The translations under genes were made by a program, and so were the position numbers. The notes under the pieces were generated by a model. It made no database searches and was not told the DNA's origin. It saw nothing but the letters and a program-made list of their open reading frames with translations. From Syntrophomonadaceae bacterium (lineage in GTDB: Bacteria > Bacillota > Syntrophomonadia > Syntrophomonadales > DTU052), in NCBI GenBank assembly GCA_012729505.1, contig JAAYDA010000048.1:70222-134221 (forward strand): a stretch of 64,000 nucleotides of DNA, read 5' to 3'. The stretch's first letter is position 1. The number at the start of each line of letters is the position of its first letter. Below are positions 54,955 to 64,000 of the stretch, one piece after another.

Positions 54955-55947
54955 TTATGCTCTGACCGCTGTCATAGCAACCACATTAACAACATCTTCT
55001 ACACTGCATCCACGAGAAAGATCATTTACGGGTTTATCCATGCCCTGGAGTATCGGTCCGATAGCTTCGGCATTGGCCAGTCTTTGGACAAGTTTGTAGC
55101 CTATGTTCCCAGACTGCAGGTCGGGGAATACCAGTACATTACATTTTCCGGCTGCCGCGCTGCCGGGGGCCTTGGACTGCCCCACCTTGAGAACCAGAGC
55201 CGCATCAGCCTGGAATTCACCATCTATAGGCAATTCAGGCCATCTGGTCTTAGCAATTTCCGCTGCCTGAGCAACTTTGTCAACCATCTCATGGCTGGCA
55301 CTACCCTTGGTTGAAAATGAAAGCATTCCCACTACCGGCTCTTTTATGCCACAAAGTTCGCGAGCTGTCTCAGCGGATGCAAAGGCGAATTCGGCCAACT
55401 GTTCAGCGGTGGGATTGGGGGTAACTGCACAATCGGCAAAAACCATAATACCTTTATCACCATACTCCGAATTGGGAACGATCATTATAAACGCTCCGGA
55501 AACTGCAGATATTCCAGGGGCAGTCTTAATAATCTGTAAGGCCGGACGCAGAACGTTACCGGTGGTATTTATTGCTCCAGCCACTTCACCATCAGCCTTG
55601 CCGAACTTAACCATCATGGAAGCAAAGTACAAAGGATCCAGCATCAACTGTTGAGCTTTTTCGGTAGTCATTCCTTTGGCTTTACGCATTTCCACAAATT
55701 TTTCTACAAAATCATTGTAATAATCCGCCTTGATCGGATCCACAATCTCAGCTCCGGTAATATCTGCCCCTACTTCCTTTGCCTTAGCCTTGACAGCTTC
55801 AACTTCACCAATCAGAATCGGATGGGCAATCTTCTCCCTAATCAGAATTTCTACGGCCTGAAGGGTTCTTTCTTCAGTTCCTTCAGGAAGGACGATAGTC
55901 TTAAATTTTTCTCGAGCTTTTTCCTTGATTTGTTCTAGTAAGGTCAT
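54955..55947 (-). CDS. pta: phosphate acetyltransferase
   Basis: PTA_PTB domain (IVLPEGTEERTLQA...SFSTKGSA...GN.GYK). ATG 55947 follows AAGGAGG (ORF-track start 55983 lacks a usable SD). Confidence 0.95.
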   Translation of the reverse strand: MTLLEQIKEKAREKFKTIVLPEGTEERTLQAVEILIREKIAHPILIGEVEAVKAKAKEVGADITGAEIVDPIKADYYNDFVEKFVEMRKAKGMTTEKAQQLMLDPLYFASMMVKFGKADGEVAGAINTTGNVLRPALQIIKTAPGISAVSGAFIMIVPNSEYGDKGIMVFADCAVTPNPTAEQLAEFAFASAETARELCGIKEPVVGMLSFSTKGSASHEMVDKVAQAAEIAKTRWPELPIDGEFQADAALVLKVGQSKAPGSAAAGKCNVLVFPDLQSGNIGYKLVQRLANAEAIGPILQGMDKPVNDLSRGCSVEDVVNVVAMTAVRA

Positions 55948-56101
55948 TAATCCTTTTGCCTCCTTATTTTTATTGTCTGCCATCCACCGCTGGCATTAAG
56001 CCCTGGATCAATCCGTTGTTAATGTTATCACAAGGTGAACCCAAGTAAAATAATCTTATACAAATATGTTAGAATAGTCTTATTCAATGTTGGAGGTAGC
56101 T

Positions 56102-57352
56102 TTGTCGGTAGTAGGAATAGTCACTGAATATAATCCTCTGCACTACGGACATACCCGTCACATCCAGGCAGCACGCCAATTAACCGGGTCTGAAGCCGTA
56201 ATATGCGTAATGAGCGGCAGCTTTACTCAGCGCGGGGAACCGGCTCTGGTCAACAAGTGGTCTCGAACCGCCATGGCCCTGGAAGCCGGAGTTGACCTGG
56301 TATTTGAGTTGCCCTTTGTTTTTGCGGCCCGAAGTGCTTACCATTTTGCTCGCGGTGCCACTCTTCTTCTGCAGAAAACGGGAGTAGTCACCCATTTATG
56401 TTTTGGCAGTGAACTGGGTCGGCTTTCTCCTTTACAGAATATAGCCCAGGTTATCCACCAGGAGCCTGACCCGTTTAAGCAGCTGCTGAAAAAAGAACTT
56501 CAACAAGGGGCTGCATTTCCTCAAGCCCGTGCCGATGCTCTGCTGCAGTATTTTAAGGACACCCCCTTGGGCAAATCAATGAATTTGCAGCAAATATTAA
56601 TGGCTCCCAACAACATTCTGGCTATAGAATATCTACGCGCCATACTCCGGGAGCAGTTGGATCTGATCCCTATTACCTTGTCTCGTTCCGGTTCCGGGTA
56701 TCATCAACTGGCCAATACTGAACTCGCCAGCGCCACTTCTATTCGTCAGGATATATTCCGTCAACAACCTCTGGAAGAGATTAAAGGAATCCCTCCGTCC
56801 ACTCGACTCATTCTCCAACAAGAATTCGATGAAAACCGCGGCCCGGTAGATCCTGACCGGATGGCAAACCTGCTGAGATTCTGTATCAATCGCATGATCC
56901 CTGAAGAACTCGCCGCCATTTACGATGTAACTGAAGGACTCGAGAACCGCATCCTCAGCGCCTCCAGAAGGGGTACCGACTTGAGGGAGATCATATCCCT
57001 CATTAAAACTCGTCGTTACAATTACACCAGGATTATGCGTGTTTTTTCCTATATTCTATTACAGTTTACAAAACAGAAAGCTGCAGTTTTTGATGAAACC
57101 GGTCCTCTCTATTTCCGTCTTTTAGGTTTTTCGCCACAAGGCCAAAAAATCCTGCAAGAAATGAAAGCTAATTCCCGCCTCCCCGTGATTACTAAAATGG
57201 GTGGTTTTAGCGATTGGAATGGACCCGCCGACCGCGAAATGCTGGCCTTTGACTGGATGGCTACCGATCTGCACGCTTTGCTGCAGCCGAAGCCGGGACC
57301 GGCTGGATTAGACTTTACCTGTTCCCCATTACGGATCGAAGGAAACTCTTAA
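56102..57352 (+). CDS. tmcAL: tRNA(Met) cytidine acetate ligase TmcAL (YlbM/DUF795 nucleotidyltransferase)
   Basis: N-terminal VGIVTEYNPLHYGH HIGH-like motif. TTG 56102 follows GGAGG by 5 nt (ORF-track ATG 56087). Confidence 0.8.
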   Translation: MSVVGIVTEYNPLHYGHTRHIQAARQLTGSEAVICVMSGSFTQRGEPALVNKWSRTAMALEAGVDLVFELPFVFAARSAYHFARGATLLLQKTGVVTHLCFGSELGRLSPLQNIAQVIHQEPDPFKQLLKKELQQGAAFPQARADALLQYFKDTPLGKSMNLQQILMAPNNILAIEYLRAILREQLDLIPITLSRSGSGYHQLANTELASATSIRQDIFRQQPLEEIKGIPPSTRLILQQEFDENRGPVDPDRMANLLRFCINRMIPEELAAIYDVTEGLENRILSASRRGTDLREIISLIKTRRYNYTRIMRVFSYILLQFTKQKAAVFDETGPLYFRLLGFSPQGQKILQEMKANSRLPVITKMGGFSDWNGPADREMLAFDWMATDLHALLQPKPGPAGLDFTCSPLRIEGNS

Positions 57353-57382
57353 TGAGGAAGCCCTCTATCTGGGCAACACTCC

Positions 57383-58204
57383 TTAACTCAACTCCCCAGG
57401 CTTTTTGTTCAATGTCTTTTCACAATCGGCCAAGGCCTTGGTGATTTCGTCCATTTTCTGCAGGGCACATTCTCTTCCTATAATTATACACTCTTCAGCC
57501 CTGGAGAAATCCCTCGAGCTGAAATTACCTAAACGAGGCTGCATCAGAACAGAGGCCCGCGCACGAACCAGGTTTTCGAATATCTGCTTTTCCAGCAGCT
57601 CCACTGCCTGGAACATTACATCCATCATGTTGTTAATCTGGGTATCCTTGTCATCTGAAAAAGTAACATCTACCCCCAATACCAAATTCGCCCCCATATC
57701 CCAGGCCACACCCAAGGGTAATCGATCTCCAACTGCTCCGTCTACAAGTAAACGATCACCTAATTTCAACGGTTCGAAAACTCCCGGAATGGAAATGCTT
57801 GCTCTTACTGCTTTGTAAACCGGCCCTTCTCTTATCACGACTCTTTCCCCGGATTTAATATCGGTGGCCACCACCGCCAAAGGCAGTTCAAGCTCATCAA
57901 AATTCTTTTCTTTGGTTAACATACAAAGGAGTTGTTCAATCCGTTTTCCACGGATCAAGCCCATTCTGGGGACCCCTACATCCCAAAACAGAGAATAATT
58001 AAGTGCAGCGGCCATCCTGCCGGTCATATATATATCTCCTCCAGTTGCAAAAACAGCTCCTACCATAGCACCCATACTGCTTCCTACAATAAAATCAACA
58101 GGAACGTTGTTTTCTTTTAATACCTGCAAAACTCCAATGTGAGCAAAACCGCGGGCACTTCCCGCCCCTAAAACCAAGCCAACCCGACTTTTCCGATCAC
58201 CCAT
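57383..58204 (-). CDS. patatin-like phospholipase (YlbK-like)
   Basis: GAGSARGFAHIGVL oxyanion motif, GSSMGA nucleophile elbow, and DGA catalytic Asp. Confidence 0.85.
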   Translation of the reverse strand: MGDRKSRVGLVLGAGSARGFAHIGVLQVLKENNVPVDFIVGSSMGAMVGAVFATGGDIYMTGRMAAALNYSLFWDVGVPRMGLIRGKRIEQLLCMLTKEKNFDELELPLAVVATDIKSGERVVIREGPVYKAVRASISIPGVFEPLKLGDRLLVDGAVGDRLPLGVAWDMGANLVLGVDVTFSDDKDTQINNMMDVMFQAVELLEKQIFENLVRARASVLMQPRLGNFSSRDFSRAEECIIIGRECALQKMDEITKALADCEKTLNKKPGELS

Positions 58205-58322
58205 TTCTTTTTCCCACCTTTGAATTGATTCGGGTTAATCTTTTCCAAATGCTTCTATATGAATCATACCGTCACTATAATTTTAATGCTATAGGTATTT
58301 GGCATTAGATTATTTGTAGGCG

Positions 58323-59504
58323 GTGATGGTCATAAGGTCTTTCTATTCATTGGTCATAATAATGATAGTTTTGGCCCTGTCCATATTCATGATTAGTAAC
58401 CCATCGGCAGCCTTGCAATCCTCTGCCGCCGGACTCCGGCTTTGGTTCGATACAGTCCTGCCCGCCCTGTTCCCTTTTTTTGTGGTCTGTGATTTAATGG
58501 TCAACATCGGTATTGTGCAATTTATGGGGCGGCTCCTTCAGCCTCTAATGCACAAAGCTTTTCGTCTGCCCGGGGAAGCCGGCTTCGTTATTGCCATGGG
58601 CTTCACATCGGGGTTTCCGGTGGGAGCAGTCCTGGTTCGTCAATTATTCAAAGAAAACCTTTTAAGCCGGGAGCAAGCCGAACACTTAGTGAGTTTCACC
58701 AATAATGCCAGCCCTTTATTCATTATAGGCATAGTTGGGGTTGGTCTCTTTAACAGCCCAGCCTTGGGATATCTTCTGGCCTTCAGTCATTACCTGTCAA
58801 ACATTCTGGTAGGGTTGATTCTGGGTCGCGTTCGTTCAGATACCATCCCCATCAGCTCACAGCCCGGCTCTCTCTCCACTGCTTTCTTCGAGTTAATCGG
58901 CCCCAAACAATCTCCGGGACTCCTCCTGGGAGAGGCGATTAAAAAAGCACTGGTGAACGTTACTATGGTAGGAGGCTTTATTATATCTTTTTCCGTGCTG
59001 ACTTCTGCCCTGTCAGAATGGGGACTGATTGGGGCTGTGGCCGGTATGTTTCAGATGCTGGGAATTTCCTATCACTGCTCCTGGGGCCTTGGGATAGGTT
59101 TATTCGAAATGACACTTGGCGCTCAAACTATCTCCATCTCTGCCGGAGCTTATTGGGAAAAGCTCCTGGCCATAACAGTGATCCTGGCCTGGAGCGGCAT
59201 CTCCGTTCAGGCCCAGGTCATGAGTATGATATCTGACCTGGCGGTTCGCTACTCTTATTATCTCAAGGCTCGCATTTTGCAAGCCGGACTCTCTTTCGGC
59301 CTTACCTTTGCCGGTCTTCAATTAACCTCGGACAAATTGCTGCAAAAGGCTGTCAGCATCTCTCCAAGTCTGGCAGCTTGGCCATCTTCCCTGGATTTTC
59401 TTAAGGTAAGCTTCGCGGGAATCTTCGGGGGTCTTTCATTCCTGCTCATTCTTTGTACAATTTCGTGGCTAAAAAATTTCAATCCTTTTCGTAGTGTTCG
59501 CTAA
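58323..59504 (+). CDS. ylbJ: sporulation integral membrane protein YlbJ
   Basis: 393 aa polytopic membrane protein. N-terminal AAGLRLWFDTVLPALFPFFV is typical of the YlbJ/nucleoside-recognition family. Synteny with ylbK/ylbM. Confidence 0.8.
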   Translation: MMVIRSFYSLVIIMIVLALSIFMISNPSAALQSSAAGLRLWFDTVLPALFPFFVVCDLMVNIGIVQFMGRLLQPLMHKAFRLPGEAGFVIAMGFTSGFPVGAVLVRQLFKENLLSREQAEHLVSFTNNASPLFIIGIVGVGLFNSPALGYLLAFSHYLSNILVGLILGRVRSDTIPISSQPGSLSTAFFELIGPKQSPGLLLGEAIKKALVNVTMVGGFIISFSVLTSALSEWGLIGAVAGMFQMLGISYHCSWGLGIGLFEMTLGAQTISISAGAYWEKLLAITVILAWSGISVQAQVMSMISDLAVRYSYYLKARILQAGLSFGLTFAGLQLTSDKLLQKAVSISPSLAAWPSSLDFLKVSFAGIFGGLSFLLILCTISWLKNFNPFRSVR

Positions 59505-59934
59505 TCTCTTTCAGACCCTGATTAACTGAATTCAGGCTTTCAGTAATGATCGACTGCAGATACTTGAGAAGATTTTCGGCATATTCATCGGCACTTCCCC
59601 TTATTTCTCGGGCTGCTTCGTCAGTACGAAGCAGCATCTCTTCGGCTATCTGGTTGGCATTCCTGGTAATTTCATCATCAGATACCAGCCGGGATGCCTG
59701 ATACTTAGAATCATCAAGAATGTAACGAGCTTCTTTTTTTGCCTCTTCAAAAATCCGTTCTCTTTCGCTGATTACCATTTGAGCCGCCTCAATCTCCTCC
59801 GGTAAGACTGCTCTGATACGATCCAGTCTTTCCAGAATGCCTTCAGGCTCCAACAGGAGCTTGGCGGTCATGGGCATTCTCTTGGCGCCTTTGATCTCTT
59901 CCTCAATTTCGTCTAAAAGCTTTATGATTTCCAT
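59479..59934 (-). CDS. hypothetical coiled-coil protein (ATP-synthase-subunit-b-like helices, no TM)
   Basis: 151 aa, Glu/Arg/Ile-rich helical, with a GGGG SD region. Its 3' end overlaps the ylbJ 3' end by 26 bp (convergent). Confidence 0.55.
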   Translation of the reverse strand: MEIIKLLDEIEEEIKGAKRMPMTAKLLLEPEGILERLDRIRAVLPEEIEAAQMVISERERIFEEAKKEARYILDDSKYQASRLVSDDEITRNANQIAEEMLLRTDEAAREIRGSADEYAENLLKYLQSIITESLNSVNQGLKEISEHYEKD

Positions 59935-59964
59935 TAATAAATACCCCCCAGTCTTTTTTTGTCA

Positions 59965-60510
59965 TTATTTTCGATAGTAATTCAGAACTGAATCACCGTA
60001 GCTTTTGCATCTATATCTGTTTAACCCTCCAATTGTTATGGGCATTTCCAATGATTTAGGACTTCTGATAATAACTATGCCATCCTTGCCCAGCAGGGAT
60101 GCGGCTGAGTCCATTATTTTTGAATAATATGAATCCTGTCGAAATGGAGGATCAATGTAAACTATATCAAATTTTCTTTGTTTACGGATGAACTGATCAA
60201 CAACCACGAACACATCGCCTCGAATAACAGTGGCCCGTGATGCCAGCTGACAGCTATCAAGGTTATCTTTTATTATCTTGACCGCTTGAGGATTGTATTC
60301 TACAAAAACAGCATTTTCAGCCATTCGACTCAATGCTTCTATCCCAACAGCTCCGCTTCCTGCAAAAAGGTCAAGAAAAGCTTGTCCTTCCAGATAAGGC
60401 CCAATAGTATTAAACAGCGCTTCCTTTATTTGATCAGTAATTGGCCTGATGTCAGGACCAACAGGCACTTTAAGCTTCCGGCCCTTGCACTGCCCGGCAA
60501 TCACCCTCAA
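59965..60510 (-). CDS. rsmD: 16S rRNA (guanine966-N2)-methyltransferase RsmD (YlbH)
   Basis: RVIAGQCKGRKLKVP, DLFAGSGAVGIEALSR, and VYIDPPF motifs. TTG 60510 follows GGAGGA by 6 nt (ORF-track start 60624 adds an implausible hydrophobic extension). Confidence 0.9.
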   Translation of the reverse strand: MRVIAGQCKGRKLKVPVGPDIRPITDQIKEALFNTIGPYLEGQAFLDLFAGSGAVGIEALSRMAENAVFVEYNPQAVKIIKDNLDSCQLASRATVIRGDVFVVVDQFIRKQRKFDIVYIDPPFRQDSYYSKIMDSAASLLGKDGIVIIRSPKSLEMPITIGGLNRYRCKSYGDSVLNYYRK

Positions 60511-60555
60511 ATCTATTCCTCCATTTGTTGCCTTAACTGGCTTTAGACTAACAAA

Positions 60556-60564
60556 ATTATAGCA
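60556..60564 (-). promoter_or_regulatory. extended -10 element TGCTATAAT upstream of rsmD
   Basis: Read on the minus strand about 45 nt upstream of TTG 60510. T-rich upstream region with a weak TTGTTT -35. Confidence 0.45.
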
Positions 60565-60694
60565 TAAGAAAAAAAATAAAAAACAATGTATGAATCCTGA
60601 TAACCGGGGGAAAGATATCATCAACCGGGAGATAAAACCCGGAAAAACAAACCCTCCCCAACAACTTTACAAAATTCTCCTCTCCCCAAACAAA

Positions 60695-60725
60695 GGCGGC
60701 TGAACGGTTCAGCCGCCGTTTTATT
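60695..60725. terminator. orphan GC-rich palindrome/hairpin GGCGGCTGAA-CGG-TTCAGCCGCC with T-tracts on both sides
   Basis: 10-bp perfect stem, followed by GTTTTATT on the plus strand and TTTGTTTGG on the minus strand. Lies between divergently transcribed rsmD and gpr, 27 nt before the gpr ATG. Confidence 0.55.
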
Positions 60726-60751
60726 AAACAATGTAATCGGAGGCAAAAAGC

Positions 60752-61711
60752 ATGAACGAACTATTGCGACATTTCTCACTTCAAGTTGATCTGGCCATGG
60801 AAGCTCGCGATCTGGTCAGAGGTGATTCTGATCTTGAAATCCCGGGGGTGATTGAAGAAATCGAAGAATTACGCAATGGCAAGATTACCATAATCAGAAT
60901 TACCGATTCGGCAGCTGAAAAAAGAATGGGTAAGCCCATTGGGACCTATGTTACAATTGAAGCCAAAAACCTGAGAATAAGGGATCCGGAAGTTCACGAA
61001 GAGGTATCTCAAGCTATCGCCGGCAAACTCAAAAATGCTGTAGATAAAATCGATCCGAAGGCACCGGTCCTTTTGGTTGGCCTGGGAAATTGGCGGGCGA
61101 CGCCTGATTCCCTGGGTCCCAAAACAATTGAGTCCAGCCCGGTAACACGCCATTATTATAAATATGCCCCCCAGGCCCTGGTGGAAGGGATGCGGCCAGT
61201 TTGCGCCATTTCTCCAGGAGTATTAGGGACCACCGGCATAGAGACCTTCGAAATCATCAAAGGGATAGTTGAAAAAATCAAGCCGGCCTTGGTGCTGGTA
61301 ATCGATTCTCTTTCGGCTCAAAACACCGAACGAATTGGAAGCACCATACAAATATCCGACACCGGCATTCAACCCGGATCTGCTCTGTCCAGTGTGAATC
61401 GCCAGGTAATAAATCATGAGTCTTTGGGAGTGCCGGTGATCGCCATTGGTTGTCCGATGGTTGTAAATGCTGTGACAATTGCTGATCAAGCGGTTCAAGC
61501 TTTCTGTCAAAAAAGAAACCTGCCCTATGACCGGCAGGAAAGTGTAGAGACAATAAAACCGGTACTCTCGTTTTTTGGAGGAAGTCTGACCGTAACCCCA
61601 AAAGAGGTAGACGATCTGGTTGAAAACGTCTCTAATGTAATATCATACGGAATTGCTTACTCACTATTTCCAGAGATCTCCCGTGAACAACTTGAACTTT
61701 ATGCTCATTAA
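60752..61711 (+). CDS. gpr: spore germination protease GPR
   Basis: VLLVGLGNWRATPDSLGP, SPGVLGTTGIETFEIIKG, TIQISDTGIQPGS, and LGVPVIAIGCPMVV align with B. subtilis Gpr motifs recalled from memory. GGAGG SD. Confidence 0.85.
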   Translation: MNELLRHFSLQVDLAMEARDLVRGDSDLEIPGVIEEIEELRNGKITIIRITDSAAEKRMGKPIGTYVTIEAKNLRIRDPEVHEEVSQAIAGKLKNAVDKIDPKAPVLLVGLGNWRATPDSLGPKTIESSPVTRHYYKYAPQALVEGMRPVCAISPGVLGTTGIETFEIIKGIVEKIKPALVLVIDSLSAQNTERIGSTIQISDTGIQPGSALSSVNRQVINHESLGVPVIAIGCPMVVNAVTIADQAVQAFCQKRNLPYDRQESVETIKPVLSFFGGSLTVTPKEVDDLVENVSNVISYGIAYSLFPEISREQLELYAH

Positions 61712-61767
61712 AAAAATAATCAGTAAAAACCCGGATAAAACCATAAAGACCAGATAAGCCATTCTTA

Positions 61768-63831
61768 TCAGTTATTGGCTATATTGCTTTCACGCGGGAA
61801 TTTTTTCTCCAGAAATGCCAGGACCTTCGGGCTGTTGTGAAGCAGATCGGCAAATTCCTCGGACACATCCCGAGAAATCTCTAATAAGTCTGTATCCCTC
61901 CACAGGTCGGTAAGCTTCAGTTCTGGTAACCCATGCTGCCTGAGACCCAATAAATCCCCTGCTCCTCTAAGCCGCAAATCTTCCCGGGCAATCTCAAAAC
62001 CATCCGTAGTCCGCTCCAGCACCTTTAATCTTTCTCGACCTTCGGCACTACGAGGATCTCCCAATAAAATGCAGTAGCCCTGTTCAGAACTCCTTCCCAC
62101 TCTGCCTCGCAGCTGATGCAGCTGGGAAAGGCCAAATCGCTCTGCCCCCTCCACAATCATAACGGTGGCATCAGGTACATCCACCCCTACTTCGATTACG
62201 GTAGTGCTGACCAGAACCTGGATTTTTCCCTGTCTGAATTCCTCTGTCACCCGGTCTTTTTCATTAGCTTTCAGACGTCCGTGCAAAAGCCCTAAGTTAT
62301 ATTCCCGGAACACCGATTCCTGAAGGCGGGTAAAAAGAGCGACAGCATTGGTAATATCCTGTTTTTCCGATTCTTCAATCAAAGGACACACCACAAACCC
62401 CTGATATCCTGCCTTAACCTGAGCCAGTAAAAATCTGTAGGCCTTTTCCTGACTGGAACTGGGTAAAACTAAAGTCTTTACCGGCCTGCGCCCGGCCGGC
62501 ATCTGGTCAATAGTAGAAATATCCAGGTCCCCATAAAATGTTAATGCCAGTGTACGGGGTATGGGAGTGGCGCTCATAACCAAAACATCAGGGAATTCAG
62601 CTTTCCGTCCTAAAAGAGCACGTTGACTTACTCCAAACCGCTGCTGTTCATCTATGACCACCAGACTCAGACCTTTAAACTCCACTGATTCCTGAATCAA
62701 GGCATGAGTTCCCAGAAGAACATCTGTCTCGCCCACAGCCACTGCCTGGCGGATCTGCTCCTTCAGCTTGGATGGTGTCGAGCCTGTAAGAATGGCCACT
62801 TCAAGTTTTTTAGGAAAAATCCGGCTCAGGGAGGAAAAATGCTGTTGTGCCAAAATCTCGGTTGGGGCCATAAAAGCCGCCTGATAACCGCTGCTGACCA
62901 CTTTAGCTATGGCCAAAGCCGCCACGATAGTCTTGCCGGAGCCAACATCCCCTTGAATCAGACGATTCATGGGGCGATCACTCTCCATATCATCAAATAC
63001 CTGACTCAATGCCCGCTCCTGAGCTTCGGTCAGAGAAAACTCCAGACGGGCTCTAACCTCTTGAACCAGGTCATCCTGTTCCAGATGCCTTATTCCCTTC
63101 CCAGCCAGCTTACTTAATGCAATCTGCTCACCCCTGATGGCCAGTTGGAGGAGTAAAAGCTCTTCCAACGCCAAGCTGCGCCGGGCTAATTCCTGCTCTC
63201 CCCAGTCAGATGGAAAATGAATGCCCCAAAAAGACTGGGCCGGGGACAGCAAACTCATTTTCCCCCTGATTTCAGAAGGGATAATATCAGGATAAGAATC
63301 GGCATAGGTGGACAGTGCATGTCTGATCATTTGCCGCCACGCTTTTTGAGTGATTCCCTCAGTGGAGGGATAAATCGGATCTATTCCCGGATTCCCGGCA
63401 ATCCCATTCTGGTCCAGAACTTCAAAATCATAAACTGCCATTTCAATCGTACCATAAGAGGAATTTGCTTTCCCCCGGACAAACAGATGCCCTCCCTGCT
63501 TCAAAATGCTCTTCAAATAAGGCTGATTAAACCAAACCACACTAATGTGCCCGGAACCATCAAGAAGTACCGCCTTAATTATGGATACCCCCCGGGAGCT
63601 AAACATGGCTCGCACCTGTTGAATCTCTCCCCGAATCGAGGATGTTTCACCTATCCGAACATCTTTAATGGGGATAGTCTGGGTTCGATCAGTGTATGAG
63701 CGGGGAATATGCCACAACAGATCAAAAACGTCTGTAATGTGCAGACGTTTCAAATGCTTCTCTCGCTGAGGTCCTACACCCTTGATATATCGAACGGACT
63801 CGAATAAAGTTCCCAATTGTACCCCCTGCAC
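61768..63831 (-). CDS. recG: ATP-dependent DNA helicase RecG
   Basis: Wedge domain N-terminus, GDVGSGKT Walker A, DEQQRFG (DEQH box), and LHQLRGRVGR motif VI. GTG start. Confidence 0.95.
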   Translation of the reverse strand: MQGVQLGTLFESVRYIKGVGPQREKHLKRLHITDVFDLLWHIPRSYTDRTQTIPIKDVRIGETSSIRGEIQQVRAMFSSRGVSIIKAVLLDGSGHISVVWFNQPYLKSILKQGGHLFVRGKANSSYGTIEMAVYDFEVLDQNGIAGNPGIDPIYPSTEGITQKAWRQMIRHALSTYADSYPDIIPSEIRGKMSLLSPAQSFWGIHFPSDWGEQELARRSLALEELLLLQLAIRGEQIALSKLAGKGIRHLEQDDLVQEVRARLEFSLTEAQERALSQVFDDMESDRPMNRLIQGDVGSGKTIVAALAIAKVVSSGYQAAFMAPTEILAQQHFSSLSRIFPKKLEVAILTGSTPSKLKEQIRQAVAVGETDVLLGTHALIQESVEFKGLSLVVIDEQQRFGVSQRALLGRKAEFPDVLVMSATPIPRTLALTFYGDLDISTIDQMPAGRRPVKTLVLPSSSQEKAYRFLLAQVKAGYQGFVVCPLIEESEKQDITNAVALFTRLQESVFREYNLGLLHGRLKANEKDRVTEEFRQGKIQVLVSTTVIEVGVDVPDATVMIVEGAERFGLSQLHQLRGRVGRSSEQGYCILLGDPRSAEGRERLKVLERTTDGFEIAREDLRLRGAGDLLGLRQHGLPELKLTDLWRDTDLLEISRDVSEEFADLLHNSPKVLAFLEKKFPRESNIANN

Positions 63832-63835
63832 AGTT

Positions 63836-64000
63836 TTATTCTACCGATATCAGGTAAGGGTAAAAGGGCTGCCCACCAAAAGTAAGCTCAACATCGTAAT
63901 CAGGAAACCGTAATTCGATTTCTTTTTTTAGCGGTTCAGCTTCATCTTCCTTGACTTCTTCTCCGTAGTAAATACTGATCAAATCCCCTCCATCAGTTAG
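63836..64000 (-). CDS. DAK2-domain fusion protein YloV-like, C-terminal end (5' part outside window)
   Basis: The minus-strand frame reads ...LTDGGDLISIYYGEEVKEDEAEPLKKEIELRFPDYDVELTFGGQPFYPYLISVE-stop. This is the typical YloV C-terminus, directly upstream of recG as in Bacillus. Confidence 0.75.
   Translation of the reverse strand, partial: LTDGGDLISIYYGEEVKEDEAEPLKKEIELRFPDYDVELTFGGQPFYPYLISVE

Overview
This 64-kb window is almost entirely protein-coding core chromosome from a flagellated, endospore-forming Firmicute. The taxon is inference from gene content and order, which look Clostridia/Peptococcaceae-like. About 85% of the genes are on the minus strand, in blocks that mirror well-known Bacillus subtilis neighbourhoods. 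Block 1 (1-17.4 kb): 5' half of the fla/che operon (flgB-flgC-fliE-fliF-fliG-fliH-fliI-fliJ-ylxF-fliK-flgD) preceded by dprA-topA-trmFO-xerC-hslVU-codY. Block 2 (29.8-39.4 kb): nfo, yraN, ylqH/ylqG-like pair, rnhB, rbgA, rplS, trmD, rimM, KH protein, rpsP, ffh, ylxM. Block 3 (44.8-53.4 kb): ftsY, smc, radical-SAM gene, rnc, acpP, plsX, rpmF, yceD. Block 4 (53.7-64 kb): ackA, pta, tmcAL, patatin, ylbJ, rsmD, gpr, recG and the yloV 3' end. Two accessory insertions interrupt this synteny. The first (about 19-29.8 kb) carries an AcoR-type sigma-54 activator, an aldehyde dehydrogenase behind a textbook -24/-12 promoter, an orphan membrane-anchored gene, a long acyl-CoA dehydrogenase, a PIN/Phd toxin-antitoxin pair, an enoyl-CoA hydratase and two tandem hotdog thioesterases. 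The second (39.4-44.8 kb) carries a double P-loop ATPase and an mtnP-mtnA-aldolase-mtaD salvage cluster. I saw no rRNA, tRNA, CRISPR array, transposase or phage genes. The signal least explained by genes is a pair of strand-asymmetric polypyrimidine heptad tandem arrays (28595-28756 and 39498-39763). They belong to the same motif family, have the same polarity, and each sits in a divergent intergenic region immediately upstream of plus-strand accessory genes. Other non-genic oddities are listed here. (a) An orphan GC-rich hairpin or palindrome lies between the divergent rsmD and gpr genes. (b) A roughly 120-nt nested-helix element lies between the radical-SAM gene and smc, in the same gene string as rnc. 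(c) ftsY homology runs 22-23 codons upstream of any canonical start codon. All product calls rest on motif recognition and synteny from memory, with no alignments run. Start codons were re-picked by eye from Shine-Dalgarno spacing.
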